A stretch of 64,000 nt of DNA from Mobula hypostoma (GCF_963921235.1 NC_086097.1:62001-126000), one strand, 5' to 3'. Positions 12,104-25,931 are shown, counted from the stretch's first letter. Notes: a model not told the origin generated them from the sequence alone. Program-made: numbers and translations.

Positions 12104-14590
12104 TATCCCTGTTACTATTGGGCGGCCTATAAGAAACACCCAGTAAAGGTATTGACCCCTTTTTTTCCTAACCTCCACCCACAGAGACTCCGTTGACAAT
12201 CCCTCCATGGCGTCCACCTTTCTCTGATCAACAATGCCACGCCCCCACATCTTTTGTCTCCTTCCCTGTCCTTTCTGAAACATTCCTGGAAACACTTTTC
12301 TGAACCTCCTTTGAACCCTCTCCACTTTCAGCACAACCTTTCTAAGGGGCCTAAACCTCTTCACAATACTCCAAGTAAAACCTCACTACTGCTTTATAAA
12401 GTTTCAACATTAAATCCTTGCTTTTATATTCTAGCCCTCTTGAAAGGAATGCGAACCTTGCATTTGCCTTTCTCACCTCCAAATTAACCCTTTAGGGGAT
12501 CCTGCACAAGGACTCCCAAATTCCTTTGCACCTAATTTTTTTGTATTTTCTTTCTCTCCACTTAGAAAATGATCAACCCTTTCATTTCTTCTACCAAAGT
12601 GTATGACCATACACTTCCCATCACTGTATTCCATCTGCCATTTCTTTGCACATCCTCCTAATCTGTCCTGTAGCCCCTCTACTTCCTCAAAACTACCTTC
12701 CTCTCTACCTACCTTCATATCATCTGCAAACTTTGCAACAAAGCTATCAATTCCACCACATAACATAAAAGGAATCGGTCCCGACACTGACTCCTGTGAA
12801 ACATCACTAGTAACCGGCAGCCAACCAGAAGAGACTCCCTTTATTCCCACTCTTTGCCTCCTGCCAATCAGCCACTGCTTTATCCATGATGGAATCTATC
12901 TTGTAATACCATAACCTTTCAGCTTGTTAAGCAGCCTCATCTGTGGCAACTTGTCAAAGACAATCTGAAAATCCAAGTATACAACAAAAACCGATTCTCC
13001 TTCGTCTATCCTACTTGTTATTTCTTCAAAAACAGATCTGTCACGCAAGATTTTCCTTTGAAGAAACCATGCTGACTACAGAATATTTTATCTTGTGCTT
13101 CCAAGTACCTTGAGATCTCATCCTTAATAATCGACTCCAACATTTTCCCAATCACTGAGGTCAGACTAACTGGCCTGCAGTTTACTTTCTTCTGCCTCTG
13201 TCCCTTCTTGGGGAGTGGAGTAACATTTGCAATTTTCCAGTCTTCAGGGACTGAAAGCCCCTCTATCCTAAGGCTGTGCCCTCTTCTGAGACTCCCCATC
13301 ATGGGCAACATCCATTCCATATCTGCTCCAAAACTTTCAGCATTTGAAAGGTTTCAATGAGATCCCCCCCCAATCCTTCTAAAATTCCAGTGAGTACAGG
13401 CCCAGTGCCATCAAAAGTTCCTCATCTGATAATCCTTTAATCCCAGAATCACCCTTGTGAATCTCCTCTGAACCATGTCCAATGTCAGCACACCTTTTCT
13501 CAGATAAGTCGTCCAAAATTGTTCATGATACTCAAGATGAGGCCCCACCAGTGCTTTATAAAGCCTCAGCATCACATCCCTGCTCTTGTATTCTAGATGT
13601 CTTGAAATGAATGCTAACATTGCCTTTGCGTTCCTCACCATCAACTCTACCTGCAAGTTAACCTTTCGTGTGTTCTGCACAAAGACTCGTGCTACAAGAA
13701 AATGTGCTAACCTAGATCTGGTCCTGTGCAACTAGTAATCTTACAGTCAAGGATCCGCTTGGAAAGACAGATCACAGAATGACTGAGTTCCTCATACAAA
13801 CAGAGGGTGCAACAGTTGGATCTAAAACTAGTGTATTATGCCTAAACAATGGAGACTACAATGGGATGAGGGAGGAATTGGCTAGTGTAGACTGGGAACA
13901 CAGGTTATGTGGTGGGATGGTTGAGGAAGAGTGGAAGACTTTCAAAGAGATTTTTCATGGTGCTCAACAAAAGTATGTTCCAGTTAAAAGCAAGAACAGT
14001 AAGGGTGGAGAGAGCCAGTGTTGGATAACTAAGGACATAAAAGGAGGCATCAAACTAAAAAACTCATGCGTACAAAGTCGCCAAGAGTAGTGGGAGACTG
14101 AAAGATTGGGAAAACTTTAAACAAAGAACGACTAAGTGAGCAATAAAGAAGGGGAATATAGATTATGAAAATAAACTAGCACAAAATATAAAAACGGATA
14201 GTAAAAGTTTGTATAATTATATAAAATGGAGAAGGGTGGCTAAAGTGGATGTAGGTCCCTCGGATGACGAGAAAGGGGAATTGATATTGGGTAATGAGGA
14301 AATGGCATAGGTTTTGAATGACTATTTTATGTCAGCCTTCATGGTGGAGGACATGTCTAACATGACAAAGTGAAATGTTATGGATGTGATAGGAGGTGAA
14401 GATCTTGATAGAATAGCTATCACTAAAGAGGTAGTTCTGAGCAAACTTGTGGGCCTGAAGATAGATAAGTCCCCTGGTCCTGATGGAATGCCTCCCAGGG
14501 TACTAAAAGAAATAGCAGAAATTATAGTAGAGGTTTTGGAGATAATTTATCAAAATTCTCTGGACTCTGGGCAGGTCCCGGCAGATTAGA
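12104..14590. mobile_element. Mosaic of older CR1 fragments (minus about 12104-13690, plus about 13700-14590)
   Basis: Degenerate RT/APE motifs (FADDMK, WKIANVTP, KSPGPDGM) with many stops. Confidence 0.75.
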
Positions 14591-15454
14591 TTCCATGAGG
14601 GTGATGCCACTGAATGTCAAGGGACAATGGTTAGAGCCTCTCTTGTTGGAGACGATCATTGCCTGGCACTTGCATGGCTTAAATGTTACTTGCCACTTGT
14701 CAGCCCAAGCCTGGATATTGTCTTATACACGCGCCCAAGACGTTTGCACACCGTACAACAGCATAATGCTACTGGCAACATAATAGATAGTGTGCATTGG
14801 GTGGTAGCAGAATGTTCAGAAGCGTCACAGCCTGTGGAAAGAAGCTGTTACCCAGCCTAACAGTCCTAGTTCTTACACTGCGGTACCTTGTGCCTGATGG
14901 TAGGAGGCCTGCACTCTCTCGAATTCAGAAAAATGAAGGGTGAACTCATGGAATACTACTGAATGTTGAAAGGCCTCAATATAGTGGATGAGGAGAGGAT
15001 GTTTCCTATGGTAGGGAGTCTAAGACCAGAGGACACAGCCTCAGAATGGTGGGGTGTCCTTTTAGAATGGAGATGGGAACAAATTTCTCTAACCATAGAG
15101 TGGCTAATCTGTGGAATTCTTTGCCACAGGCAGCTGTGGAAGCAAATCATTGGGTATGTTCAAGGTAGAGGTTGATAGATTGTTGATTAGACAGGGTATG
15201 AAGGGATACAGGAAGAAGGCAGGAGATTGAGACCGAGAGGGAAATGGATCAGCAATGATGAAATGAGGAGAGCCTTATTTGCCTCAATATCAACAGGAAG
15301 TGGAGGCGCTGCTGTGCTTTCTTGACCAAATGGGTGGTACTGAGACACCAGAAGAGATCATTCATAACTTCCACACCAAGAAATTTGGTGCTTCTGACTC
15401 TTGCCACGGAGAAGCCGTTGCTGTGCAGTTGGGAGGCAGAGGCATTGATTAACA

Positions 15455-16260
15455 GGTGATACAGGGAGGTTGTTGCACCCAAAGTGCAGGACACAGGTCA
15501 CAGGGTGACTTTAAGGAGGGGGAAAAGGGATAGGCAGCCAGTGCTTAGTAGCCCCGTAGTTGTTCCCCTCAATAAGACACTGTAAGAGGGGATCACCCAG
15601 CAGAGGAAAGCCTCAGTGGTCAGGTCTCTGGCACCAATTTTGGCTGTGAGGCTCAGAAGGAAAGGGGGAGAAGAGGTGAGCTGAAGTGATAGGAGATTCA
15701 TTAGAGGAATCCGAGGTGCCAGGGTCCGGGACATCAAGGAGGATGAGCAGCCAGAGGTCATTGTCCTTCTCGGTACCAATGATAAAGGTAGGACGAGTGA
15801 TGAGGTTCTGCACAGGGAGTTCAAAGAGTTAGGTGCTAAGTTAAAGGGCAGGACCTCTGGGGTTGTGATCTCAAGATTGCTACCTGTGCCACGTGCTAGT
15901 GAGACCAGAAATAGGAAGATATAACTATTTAATACATGGCTAAGAAGTTGGTGCAGGAGGAAGGGCTTCAGATTTTTGGATCATTGGGCTATCTTCCAGG
16001 AAAGGTGGGACTTGTACAGAAGGGATGATTTGCACATCAACTGGAGGGAATATCCTTGTGGGAAGTCTTGCTGGTGCTGCGGGGTGGGAGTGGGGTTTAA
16101 ACTAGAGTTGCAGGAGGATGGGAAGCAGAGTGCCAGAACAGATAGTGGAGTGGATGTGGGGAAAGATATTGTTAAGCAAGACAGGAATTGAAAGGTTGAG
16201 CGTGGTGGGACTAATGATCTGTACTGCACCTATTTCAGTGCAAGGAGTATTGTAGGAAAG
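15455..16260 (+). mobile_element. CR1 ORF1 remnant (SGNH esterase) running into the start of ORF2
   Basis: GTND, VVISRLLPVP, FRFLDHW, LYRRDDLH, then tatttcagtgcaaggagtatt (YFNARSI-like). Confidence 0.7.
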
Positions 16261-16939
16261 GCACAGCAGTGTCTAGTCAGGACATCTAGTGAGGTCAGTG
16301 TGTGGGTATATTTAAGGTGTAAGTTGATCATTTCCTGATCGGTCAGGGCATCAAAGTGGCAGCTGTATGGGGTTGAGTGGATCTGCGATCAGCCATGGTG
16401 GAATGACAGAACAGAGTCGATGGGCTGAATCGCCTAATTTTGCTCCTATGACTTAAGGTCTTATGGTCAACAAGCTGCAGCTCCAATTGCTTAACATGTT
16501 CTCTAAGCTGAAACTCTGCGTACTTGTTGCAGATGTGGTTATTCAGGAGGTTGAAGTCTCCCACATATTCTACATTTCCCATATCTCACACAAAGAACAC
16601 AACACAGCCCCTGGAGAAATTCTCACTACTCTAACTATGCACTAACCAACGAAGAATGAAGAAACTTACCAGATACTTAGCTTGCCTAAGCCTATTGTCA
16701 CCAAAGCCTGATGACCCGTAGCCTATCCTCTCTAACACTGGTTCACACGATAGCCGCTCCACTTGTCCCTGCCTTATTTTTATTTGCCCTTGCTAATGAA
16801 CCACAATTTGACTGGGCCCTCAGAAAATGCTGGAAGCCGAAAATACTTTTTTTTTTAAGATGTCATGGGTTAAGGTTTTCTTTTGCAGTACCTACTTAAT
16901 TCAAGTTATTAATTAAAGTAAGGGAACATAAATTAGGAG

Positions 16940-19002
16940 CAAATGTTCAGGAAAATGCATGCTAGAAATATGGCAAAAATTTAGGTAAAATTTGCATGGC
17001 GTTCTGCATAGCTATATTCCACTGAGGCACAATAAGGATGGTAAGATAAAAGAACCATGGTGTACAAAGGATGTAGAAAATCTAGTTAGAAGAAAAGAAA
17101 AGCTTATGAAAGGTTCAAGAAATAAGGTACTGTTAGAGCTCTAGAAAATTACAAGGGTGCCAGGAAGGAACTCACGAATGAAATTAGGAGAGCTAGAAGG
17201 GGCCATGAAAAGGCCTTGGTGAGCCAGATTAAGTAAAACCCCAAGGCACTCTACAAGTATGTGAAGAGCAAGAGGATAAGCCGTGTCAGAATAGGAATCA
17301 GAAGTGAGAATGGAAACATGTTCATGGAGCCGGAGGAGGTAGCGGAGGTACTTAATGAATACTCTGCTTCAGTATTCACCAGTGAAAGGGACCTTGTAAA
17401 TTGTGGGGATGACTTACAGTGGACTGAAACGCTTGAGTGTACAGACATTAAGAAAGAGGATGTGCTGGAGCTTTTGAAAGGTATTAAGCTAGATTAAGTC
17501 ACTGGGACCAGACAGGATATACTTCAGGCTACTGTGAGAAGCGAGGGAGGAAATTGCTGAGCTTCTAGCGATGATCTTTGCATCATCAATAGGGACGGGA
17601 GAAGTACCAGAGGATTGGAAGGTTGCAAACGTTGTTCCCTTGTTCTAGAAAGGGAGTAGAGATAACCCAGGAAATTATAGACCAGTGAGTCTTACTTCAG
17701 TGGTGGGCAAATTGTTGAAGATCCTGAGAAGCAAGATTTATGAGCAGTTGGGGAGGCATAATCTGATTAGGACTAGTCAGCATGGCTTTGTCAAGGGCAG
17801 GTCATGCCTTACGAACCTGATTGAATTATCTGAGGATGTAACAAAACACATTGACGAAGGTAGAGCAGTGGATGCAGTGGATATCGATCTCAGTAAGACA
17901 TCTGACAAGGTTCCCCATGCGAGGATCATTCAGAATGTAATGAGGTATAGGATCCAAGGAGACCTTGCTTTGTGAATCCAGAATTGGCTTGCCCACAGAA
18001 GGCAAAGGGTGGTTGTGGATAGTTCATATTTTGTATGGAGGACGGTGACTACTATTTCCTTTTTGTGATTTTTATAAATGACCTGGATGAGCAAGTAGAA
18101 GGGTGGGTTAGTAAGTTTGCTGATGACACAAAAGTTGGGGGTGTTGTGGATAGTCTGGAGGGTTGTTAAAGGTTACAGCATAACATAGATAGTATGCAGA
18201 ACTGGGCTGAGAAGTAGCAGATTAAGTTAAAGCCAGGTAATTGTAAAGTGCTTCATTTCGATAGGTCAAATTTGAAGACAGAATATTAATGGTAAGACTC
18301 TTGGCAATGTGGAGGATCAGCGAGATCTTGGGGCTCGTGTCCATAGGGCACACAAAGCAGCTGCGCAGGTTGACAGTGTTGTTAAGAAGGTGTATGGTGC
18401 GCTGGCATTCATCAACCATGGGATTAAGTTCAAGAGCCAAGAGATAATGTTATAGCTATACAAGACCTTGGTCAGACCCTACTTGGAGTACTGTATTCAG
18501 TTCTAGTCACCTCACTACAGGAAGGATGTAGATACTATAGAGAGAGTGCAGAGGAGATTTACAAGGATGTTGCCTAGATTGGAGCGCATGCCTTATGAGA
18601 ATAGGTTGAGTTAACTTAGCCTTTTTTCCTTGGAGTGATGGAGGATGAGAGGTGTCCTGATAGAGGTATATAAGATGATGAGAGGCATTGATCATGTGGA
18701 TAGCCAGAGGCTTTTTCCCAGGGCTGAAATGGCTAACACAAGGGAGCATAGCTTTAAGGTGCTTGGAAGTAGGTATAAGGGAGATGTCAGAGGTAAGATT
18801 TTCACAGAGAGTGGTGGATGTGTTGAATGCACTGCTAGTGAAGGTAGTATAGGCAGATACAATAGGGTATTATTAGGTACATGGAGCTTAGAAAATTAGA
18901 GGGCTATGTGGTAGGGAAATTCTAGGCAGTTTCTAGAGTAGGTTACATGGTTGACCTAACATTGTGGGCCAAAGGGCCTGTAATGTGCTGCAGATTTCTA
19001 TG
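16940..19002 (+). mobile_element. Decayed 5'-truncated CR1 LINE
   Basis: Colinear RT motifs with stops, ending gtgctgcagatttctatgt. Confidence 0.85.
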
Positions 19003-19057
19003 TATGTATATGTGTGTATATATACACACATATATATGTGCGTGTGTATATATATAT
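18999..19057. repeat. Compound (TA/TG/CA)n microsatellite
   Basis: tatgtatgtatatgtgtgtatatatacacacatatatatgtgcgtgtgtatatatatat. Confidence 0.85.
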
Positions 19058-19888
19058 CTCCCCTTCACCAGGCTCGTATGCAAACAACTCATTAACTGGC
19101 TCTGCTAACGGTCACGAGACTCCGCGGTGAGAAGGTCACCTTTCATAAACAATATACGTCTAGGGTCGGTATGATTTGGGATTTAACCAAGCAGGAACAC
19201 CGTGATGTTCCAATTAAAGAAACCTCTATTTGAGCAAATGCTCTGTAAATATGGCCCATACACAATTATTGGTTGGCAAGAAATAACAGATTGAATCAAA
19301 TTATAAAGAAAGTATATTTACAAATTTCAGCTTTATCGAACAGTTAAGAAAAAGAAAAAATAAATAAAAGGGCTCTTTACAGTTAACCCAGTTCAGATGT
19401 GCACATAAATTTGGAGCTCATCTTGAAGCTGTCGAGTTATTCACGTGCTGGACCCATGGTCTGTGTGAAAACACACAGATTCTGAAAGTCACTCAAAATC
19501 CATCTTGAACAACGGCCACTCTCGCAGGGATATTGGCCCTTCCTCCTTTGAGCCATTCATCTTTACAAATCTCCATGCAAGGGCAAACGCTCCTTCCCAC
19601 TGCATCCTCAACCATCTTCCCTTCTGTCTTCTCCACAGTTCCCGCCAAAAAAATGTGAACCATACTGTCTGTGATAAATTTCACTCTGCCCAGTTGTCTT
19701 TAGAACCCTCTCCCAACTCCCCCATCCTGAATGGCTAACACAATATTCCAGAGTTGAACATCATTGCCCCTTATTTTCTAGCCAAAACCAAACGTAGTCT
19801 ACCCACAGAACACACTGCTTTTACAGAACTGCTAAAATGAAATATCTGCAGCATAACAGTAGAAATCTTAAGATTACAGGGCATTACA
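19058..19888. mobile_element. Possible solo LTR (left end eroded)
   Basis: Non-LINE sequence ending ...cattaca. Its start resembles the fragment at 23521-23590, which begins TGTAAC. Confidence 0.35.
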
Positions 19889-20405
19889 GATATTTTTCTT
19901 CTTGTTATTTATAGCTTTTATTATTATTTATTGCAATGTACTGCTGCCGCAAAACAACAAATTTTATGACATTTGCCACTGATATTAAATCTGAATCTGA
20001 AAGGAGAAATGTTTAAGGGAAGCATGAGGGAACTTATTCAGTCAGAGGATGTAAGGAGTGTGGAACAAACTGCCGACAGGTTTGATTTCAACATTTAAGA
20101 GATATTTAGCTGGAAGCAGTATGGAGGCCTATGGTCTGGGTGCAGGTCAATGAGAAGAGACAGAATAATAGTTCAGCATGGACAAAATGGGTTGAAGGGC
20201 CTGGTTCTGTGCTGTTGTTCTATGACAATAATCAGAATTCACAGAGGAATTGGAATTTGTGGTCAAGGAAATGAGAAAACTTTAGTGTAATTTTGCATAG
20301 TAGGGGAATTAAGAGTTATGGGGGAAAAGGCAGGTAGGTGGAGATGAGCCCATGGCCAGATCAGCCATGATCTTATTGAATGGCGGACCAGGCTTGATGG
20401 GCCAA

Positions 20406-20990
20406 AACAGACAGGATCTCCCAGTGGCCACCCACTTCAACTCTGCTTCCCACTCCCATTCAGATATGTCCATACATGGCCTCCTCTACTGCCATGATGA
20501 GGCTAAACTCAGGTTGGAGGAGCAACACCTCATATACCGTCTAGGTAGCTTCCAGCCCCTTGGTATGAACATAGAATTCTCCAACTTCTGGTAATTCCCT
20601 CCCCCTCCCTTCCCCTATCCCCATGTCACTCTGCCCCCTCCCCCAGCTGCCGACCACCTCCCTCTTGGTTCCGCCTCCTTCTACTACCCATTGTGTTTTC
20701 CCCTATTCGTTCTTCACCTTTCCTGCCTATCACCTCCCTGCCTCCCTTCCCCCACCTCTTTATCTTTCCCCTTTCTGGTTTCTCACCTGGAACCTACCAG
20801 CCTTCTCCTTCCCACCCTCCCCCCACCTTCTTTATAGGGCCTCTGCCCCTTTCCCCTACAGTCCTGACGACGGGTTCCGGCCCAAAACATCCACCGATCT
20901 TTTCCACGGATGCTGCCCGACCTGCTGAGTTCCTCCAGCGTGTTGTGAGTGTTGCTTTGACCCCAGCATCTGCAGATTATTTTGTGTTTA
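20406..20990 (+). mobile_element. Penelope-like element, second family, 5'-truncated (GIY-YIG C-terminus plus pLTR with tail)
   Basis: QDLPVATHFN...RLEEQHLIYRLGSFQPLGMN and a decayed hammerhead motif cagtcctgacgacgggttccggcccaaaac. Confidence 0.85.
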
Positions 20991-21194
20991 CCTTTGCCAA
21001 TAACAGTCCTAGCTCTAAACATTACAAGGATATTGTGCTGCCAAATTATCCACTGTCTTCTGGTGCTCTGGGCAATTCAATGTCCTTATCTCCTTCAGGA
21101 AGAGCTGAAGATACATGTAAGATCATACTGTTTCCCCACACACCAAGTGACTCAGATTTGACCTTCATTTCCGATGCTTGCATAGTTTTTACCT

Positions 21195-21360
21195 TCCTGT
21201 GAGTGCATCTGTACCACTGGTTTTCCTGGTCCCTCTTCTGTCCTAAAGACATGCTGGTTGGTAGGTTAATTGGTCACACAAATTACCCATGGTTAGGTGG
21301 GTGATTCAGTGGAGGATTGATGAGATGGAATAGGTTACAGGGAATTAAATGGGGGAACTG
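21195..21360 (+). mobile_element. V-SINE/HE1-like SINE fragment
   Basis: ggttttcctg...cctaaagacatgctggttggtaggttaattggtcacacaaattaccc resembles the V-domain core. Confidence 0.5.
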
Positions 21361-21491
21361 GATTGAAAACTGGTGAAACTCAATGAAGCTAATAGCCAAT
21401 GTTACATGGAAATAAAATATGAAGTTAGTACACCATCACAAAATGCCCAAGTGAACAGCTGGCCATTGAAATAATGTAAAACTTCATTTAC

Positions 21492-21641
21492 CTTCAAAAC
21501 TTGTCTCCTTCTTTTCCTCTCCCTACCGTTCCTGGCATTGTTGGCAGCCAAGATATTTGTTAATTTTTGATCTTCACCTTTTAGCCAATCTTCAAACTTC
21601 TTCATCAATAGCTTGTAATTAGCAAGGCCTTGATTATTTGC
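21492..21641 (-). CDS. SYNE3: Nesprin-3 coding exon, 50 aa ANNQGLANYKLLMKKFEDWLKGEDQKL...RRRQVLK
   Basis: Acceptor ttctgttgttttatttcag|GCA, donor AAG|gtaaat, 150 bp, phase 0-0. FEDWL is a typical spectrin-repeat helix A motif. Confidence 0.85.
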
Positions 21642-22149
21642 CTGAAATAAAACAACAGAAGTTGTCATTGGCTGAATGGCTTCTTCAATTCTATATCATC
21701 TATTATCTTTTGCTTCTGAGTATGCAGTCAGTCCCACTCCCTGCTGCTCTCTATGGCCCTGAACACTTTTCCTTTGGATAGTGATATGAGTTCTAAACAT
21801 GCTTCCACTGTGATCCTTCATTCAATCCATTCCCAGATCCAAACCGTTCATTAGGTATAAAAGATGTTTCTCCATTCCTCCTGCTTGTTCCATCTTTTCA
21901 GTCAGAATCTTACTTATGTGAGATTTGGCCTCAGTTACGTTCCTAAGCTTCATCCAGAGCCCTCAATTTCTCTCCAGCTAAAGAGTATCTCAAAGCTCGG
22001 AGGGAAGCAATTCCTCATCTCAGTCCAATGATGGTATCTTGAGGCTTTGCCCACAGAGGGGAAACTTCCTCAGGCCTTTGAGTCAAATATTATCATCACC
22101 ACTATGAGCTGTAAAAATAATTCGGAAAATGTGTAGCTTGAGCGATCGA

Positions 22150-23245
22150 ATGATGTGGGTGATCATGGTCTTTCCACGACCATGATTGTTCTTAGCAAAT
22201 TTTTCTACAGAAGTGATTTTCCATTGCCTTCTTCTGCGCAGTGTCTTTACAAGGTGGGTGACTCCAACCATTATCAATACTGTTCAGAGAATTGTCATAG
22301 AAACATAGAAACATAGAAAATAGGTGCAGGAGTAGGCCATTCGACCCTTCGAGCCTGCACCGCCATTTATTATGATCATGGCTGATCATCCAACTCAGAA
22401 CCCAGCCTTCCCTCCATACCCCCTGATCCCTGTAGCCACAAGGGCCATATCTAACTCCCTCTTAAACATAGCCAATGAACTGGCCTCAACAGTTTGCTGT
22501 GGCAGAGAATTCCACAGATTCACCACTCTCTGTGTGAAGAAGTTTTTCCTAATCTCAGTCCTAAAAGGCTTCCCCTCTATCCTCAAACTGTGACCCCTCG
22601 TTCTGGACCTCCCCAACATCGGGAACAATCTTCCTGCATCTAGCCTGTCCAATTCCTTTAGGATCTTATACGTTTCAATCAGATCCCCCCTCAATCTTCT
22701 AAATTCCAACGAGTACAAGCCCAGTTCATCCAGTCTTTCTTCATATGAAAGACCTGCCATCCCAGGAATCAATCTGGTGAACCTTCTTTGTACTCCCTCT
22801 ATGGCAAGGATGTCTTTCCTCAGATTAGGGGACCAAAACTGCACACAATACTCCAGGTGTGGTCTCACCAAGGCCTTGTACAACTGCAGTAGTACCTCCC
22901 TGCTCCTGTACTCGAATCCTCTCGCTATAAATGCCAGCATACCGTTCGCCTTTTTCACCGCCTGCTGTACCTGCATGCCCACTTTCAATGACTGGTGTAT
23001 AATGACACCCAGGTCTCGTTGCACCTCCCCTTTTCCTAATCGGCCACCATTCAGATAATAATCATAATAGGTCAGATGCAGCACCTTCTCATATGACCAT
23101 CAATCTCCTGCTCCCATGGCTTCAAGTGACCCTGATCAGGGGCTAAGCAGGTGCTACACCTTGCCCAAGGGTGACCTGCAGGCTAATGGAGGGAAGGAGA
23201 GCCTTATATCTCCTTTGGTAGATATGGATCTCTACAATGCCACCT
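22150..23245 (-). mobile_element. SINE with RTE/BovB-like 3' part, interrupted by CR1 22297-23060
   Basis: Minus strand gaagaaggcaatggaaaatcacttctg resembles the RTE-type GGCAATGGCAAACCAC motif. The sequence resumes after the CR1. Confidence 0.45.
22297..23060 (-). mobile_element. Young 5'-truncated CR1 (same family as 8303-10648)
   Basis: ORF 22395-23084 gives an uninterrupted ORF2 C-terminus; (CATAGAAA)n tail on the + strand. Confidence 0.93.
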
Positions 23246-23714
23246 GAAAACATCATTGGTGTGAAAGTACTAAAAACATTATGAGGGATGGGATTAAGAT
23301 ACACTTGGAAAGGCAGGAATTAAAGAAAGATAAGACAGCATGGCTCAGTGAGAGGCATAATCCTGTTTGAACAAATTGGTAACAACATGGATTGACAAGG
23401 GCACCTGCAATACTCATCTGATTTCTAAATGGACATTGAACCCATAAAGACTACCTCACTATTTTTTTTTGCACTACTTATTTTAACTTAACTACTTAAC
23501 AGACATATATATACTTGCTGTGTAACTCCCCCCCCCCCAACAAGGCTCATATGAAAACGTGGCTCGTTAGCAGGACCTGCTAACACCCACAGCACTGTCC
23601 AATCTCCTCCACACAGTAGCCTGGGGTCTATCTTGTACGGACCCAGTGACTTATCTAACTAAATGTTTTTCAAAAGCTCCAGCACATCCTTTTTCTTAAT
23701 GTCTATATACTCAA

Positions 23715-25067
23715 TATAATCTTGGGTCTATATGCCCGAGATGTCTATATACCTGAGGTTCCTCAGGATAGTTCAGTCATTCCACACAGACATGAAGGGT
23801 GTCGTTCAGTTCGACGGCTCTTCTTCGGAGGCCTTCAACATCCGCAGCGGTGTGAAGCAGGGCTGTGTGCTTGCCCCCACCCTGTTTGGCATCTTCTTCG
23901 CAGTCATGCTGAAACACGCCTTTGTTTGATGGCGCATCCTGGACATCACGTGGTATCAACTGATGGTATCTACCTCCACACCAGATCGGACGGGAGGCTG
24001 TTCCGTCTGTCCCGGCTAAGGGCAAAAACCAAGGTTCGTGAAGTACTCATCAGGGACATGTTGTTTACAGACGATGCAGCAGTGGCAACACACTCTGAAG
24101 AGTAACTGCAACGCCTCATGGACAGCTTCTCAAGAGCCTGCCAGGACTTCAGCTTGACCATCAGCCTGAAGAAAACCAACGTGTTGGGCCAAGACATTGA
24201 GCACCCCCCTGCCATTACCATCAACAACTACGAGCTGGAGATAGTTCACGAGTTTACATACCTTGGGTCCACCATCACGGACAGCCTCTCCCTAGACCCC
24301 GAGATCAACAGACGGATCGGACAAGCAGCCTCAACATTTGCCAGGCTGACAAAGAGAGTCTGGGAGAACAGAAAGCTGACGACGCACACCAAAGTTGCAG
24401 TCTACAGGGCCTGCGTCCTCAGCACACTGCTTTACGGCAGCGAGACCTGGAGCCTCTCCTCTAGTACAGACAAGAGCGGCGTCTCAACGCCTTCCACCTT
24501 CGCAGCCTGAGGCGCATCCTGGACATCACGTGGACTGACCGAGTCACCAACAATGAGGTCCTGGTCAGCGCCCAGATATCCAGCCTCTTCACACTGCTCC
24601 AACAACGCCGTCTCCACTGGCTGGGCCACGTACACCGCATGTCAGACGGGAGGATCCCAAAGGACCTGCTGTACGGGGAACTGACCTCCGGCAAGAGAGC
24701 ACAAGGGCGGCCCCACCTTTGTTTCAAAGACGTTTGCAAGAGACATGACGTCACTGAAAATGAACGTCAAGAGGTGAGAGGACATCGTAAGCGATCGCTC
24801 TTACTGGAGGCTGGAACTACGCAGAGGTCTAAAAAGAGGAGAAGAGAAGCTGAGGCTTGCTGCTGGAGAAAAGCGCACTCATCGGAAAAACAGCACCAAG
24901 ATAACACTGGAGGACAGCGCCTTCAAGTGCAGACGATGCAGCCGAGACTGTCACCCCCATGTAGGCCTCTACAGCTACAACAGATGCTACTCTAACGCAG
25001 ACTGAAGCAAGACCTTCCAGGCACAAATCTATAGTCTCGCGAGACTTACGGATGCCACCACGACCAA
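23715..25067 (+). mobile_element. 5'-truncated RTE-clade LINE
   Basis: GVKQGCVLAPTLF, DMLFTDD, FTYLGS, LLYGSETW, RIPKDLLYGEL; RTE-like 3' end gtctcgcgagacttacggatgcc. TSD ATACTCAA at 23707-23714 and 25068-25075. Confidence 0.9.
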
Positions 25068-25931
25068 ATACTCAAGCATTTCCAGTCACAGTAAGTCATC
25101 CCCATAATTGCCAAGGTCTATTTCCCTGGTGAATAGTGACGCAAAGTATTCATTAAGTACCTCTGCTACCTCCTCTGCCTCCATGCACAAGTTTCCACTA
25201 TCACACCTGATTGGTCCTATTCTCACACAGCTCATCCTCTTGCTCTTCACGTACTAGTAGATGCCTTGAGGTTATCCTTTATCCTTCTCACCAAGGCCTT
25301 CTCATGGCACCTTCTGGTTCTCATAATTTCATTCTTAAACTCCTTCCTGGCAACCTTGTAATTTTCTAGAGTTTTAACAGTACTTAGTTTCTTGAATCTT
25401 TCATAAGCTTTTCTTTTCCTCTAACTAGATTTTCTACATCCTTTAAACACCATGGTTCTTTTACACTACCATCCTTTCCATGCCTCAATAGAACATACCT
25501 ATACAGAACGCCTTGCAAATATTCCCTGAACATTTGCCACATTTCTGCCGTGTATTTCCTTGAAAACATCTGCTCCCAAGTTTCTGGCTAATAGCATCAT
25601 ATTTCCCCTACCCCAATTAAATGTGTAATGCCATGGTTCATTTTGTTTTACTGTTATGCTGCTGCAAGCTGCTTGTTTGGGTTACTGTTGAAGATAAGAG
25701 ATAGGAGAAATGTGTGCCATCCATTTAGGATGGCCAGATTAAGGGGAGGTTTCACTGGTGAGGGACACTAATGTTGGGCTTGGGGCTTGTGGATCAAGGA
25801 GGATGAAGAGAGAAGACGCTGGAGAAAAGACACAAACACGAGGAAATCTGCAGATGCTGGAATTTCAAGCAACACACATAAAAGTTGCTGGTGAACGCAG
25901 CAGGCCAGGCAGCATCTCTAGGAAGAGGTAC

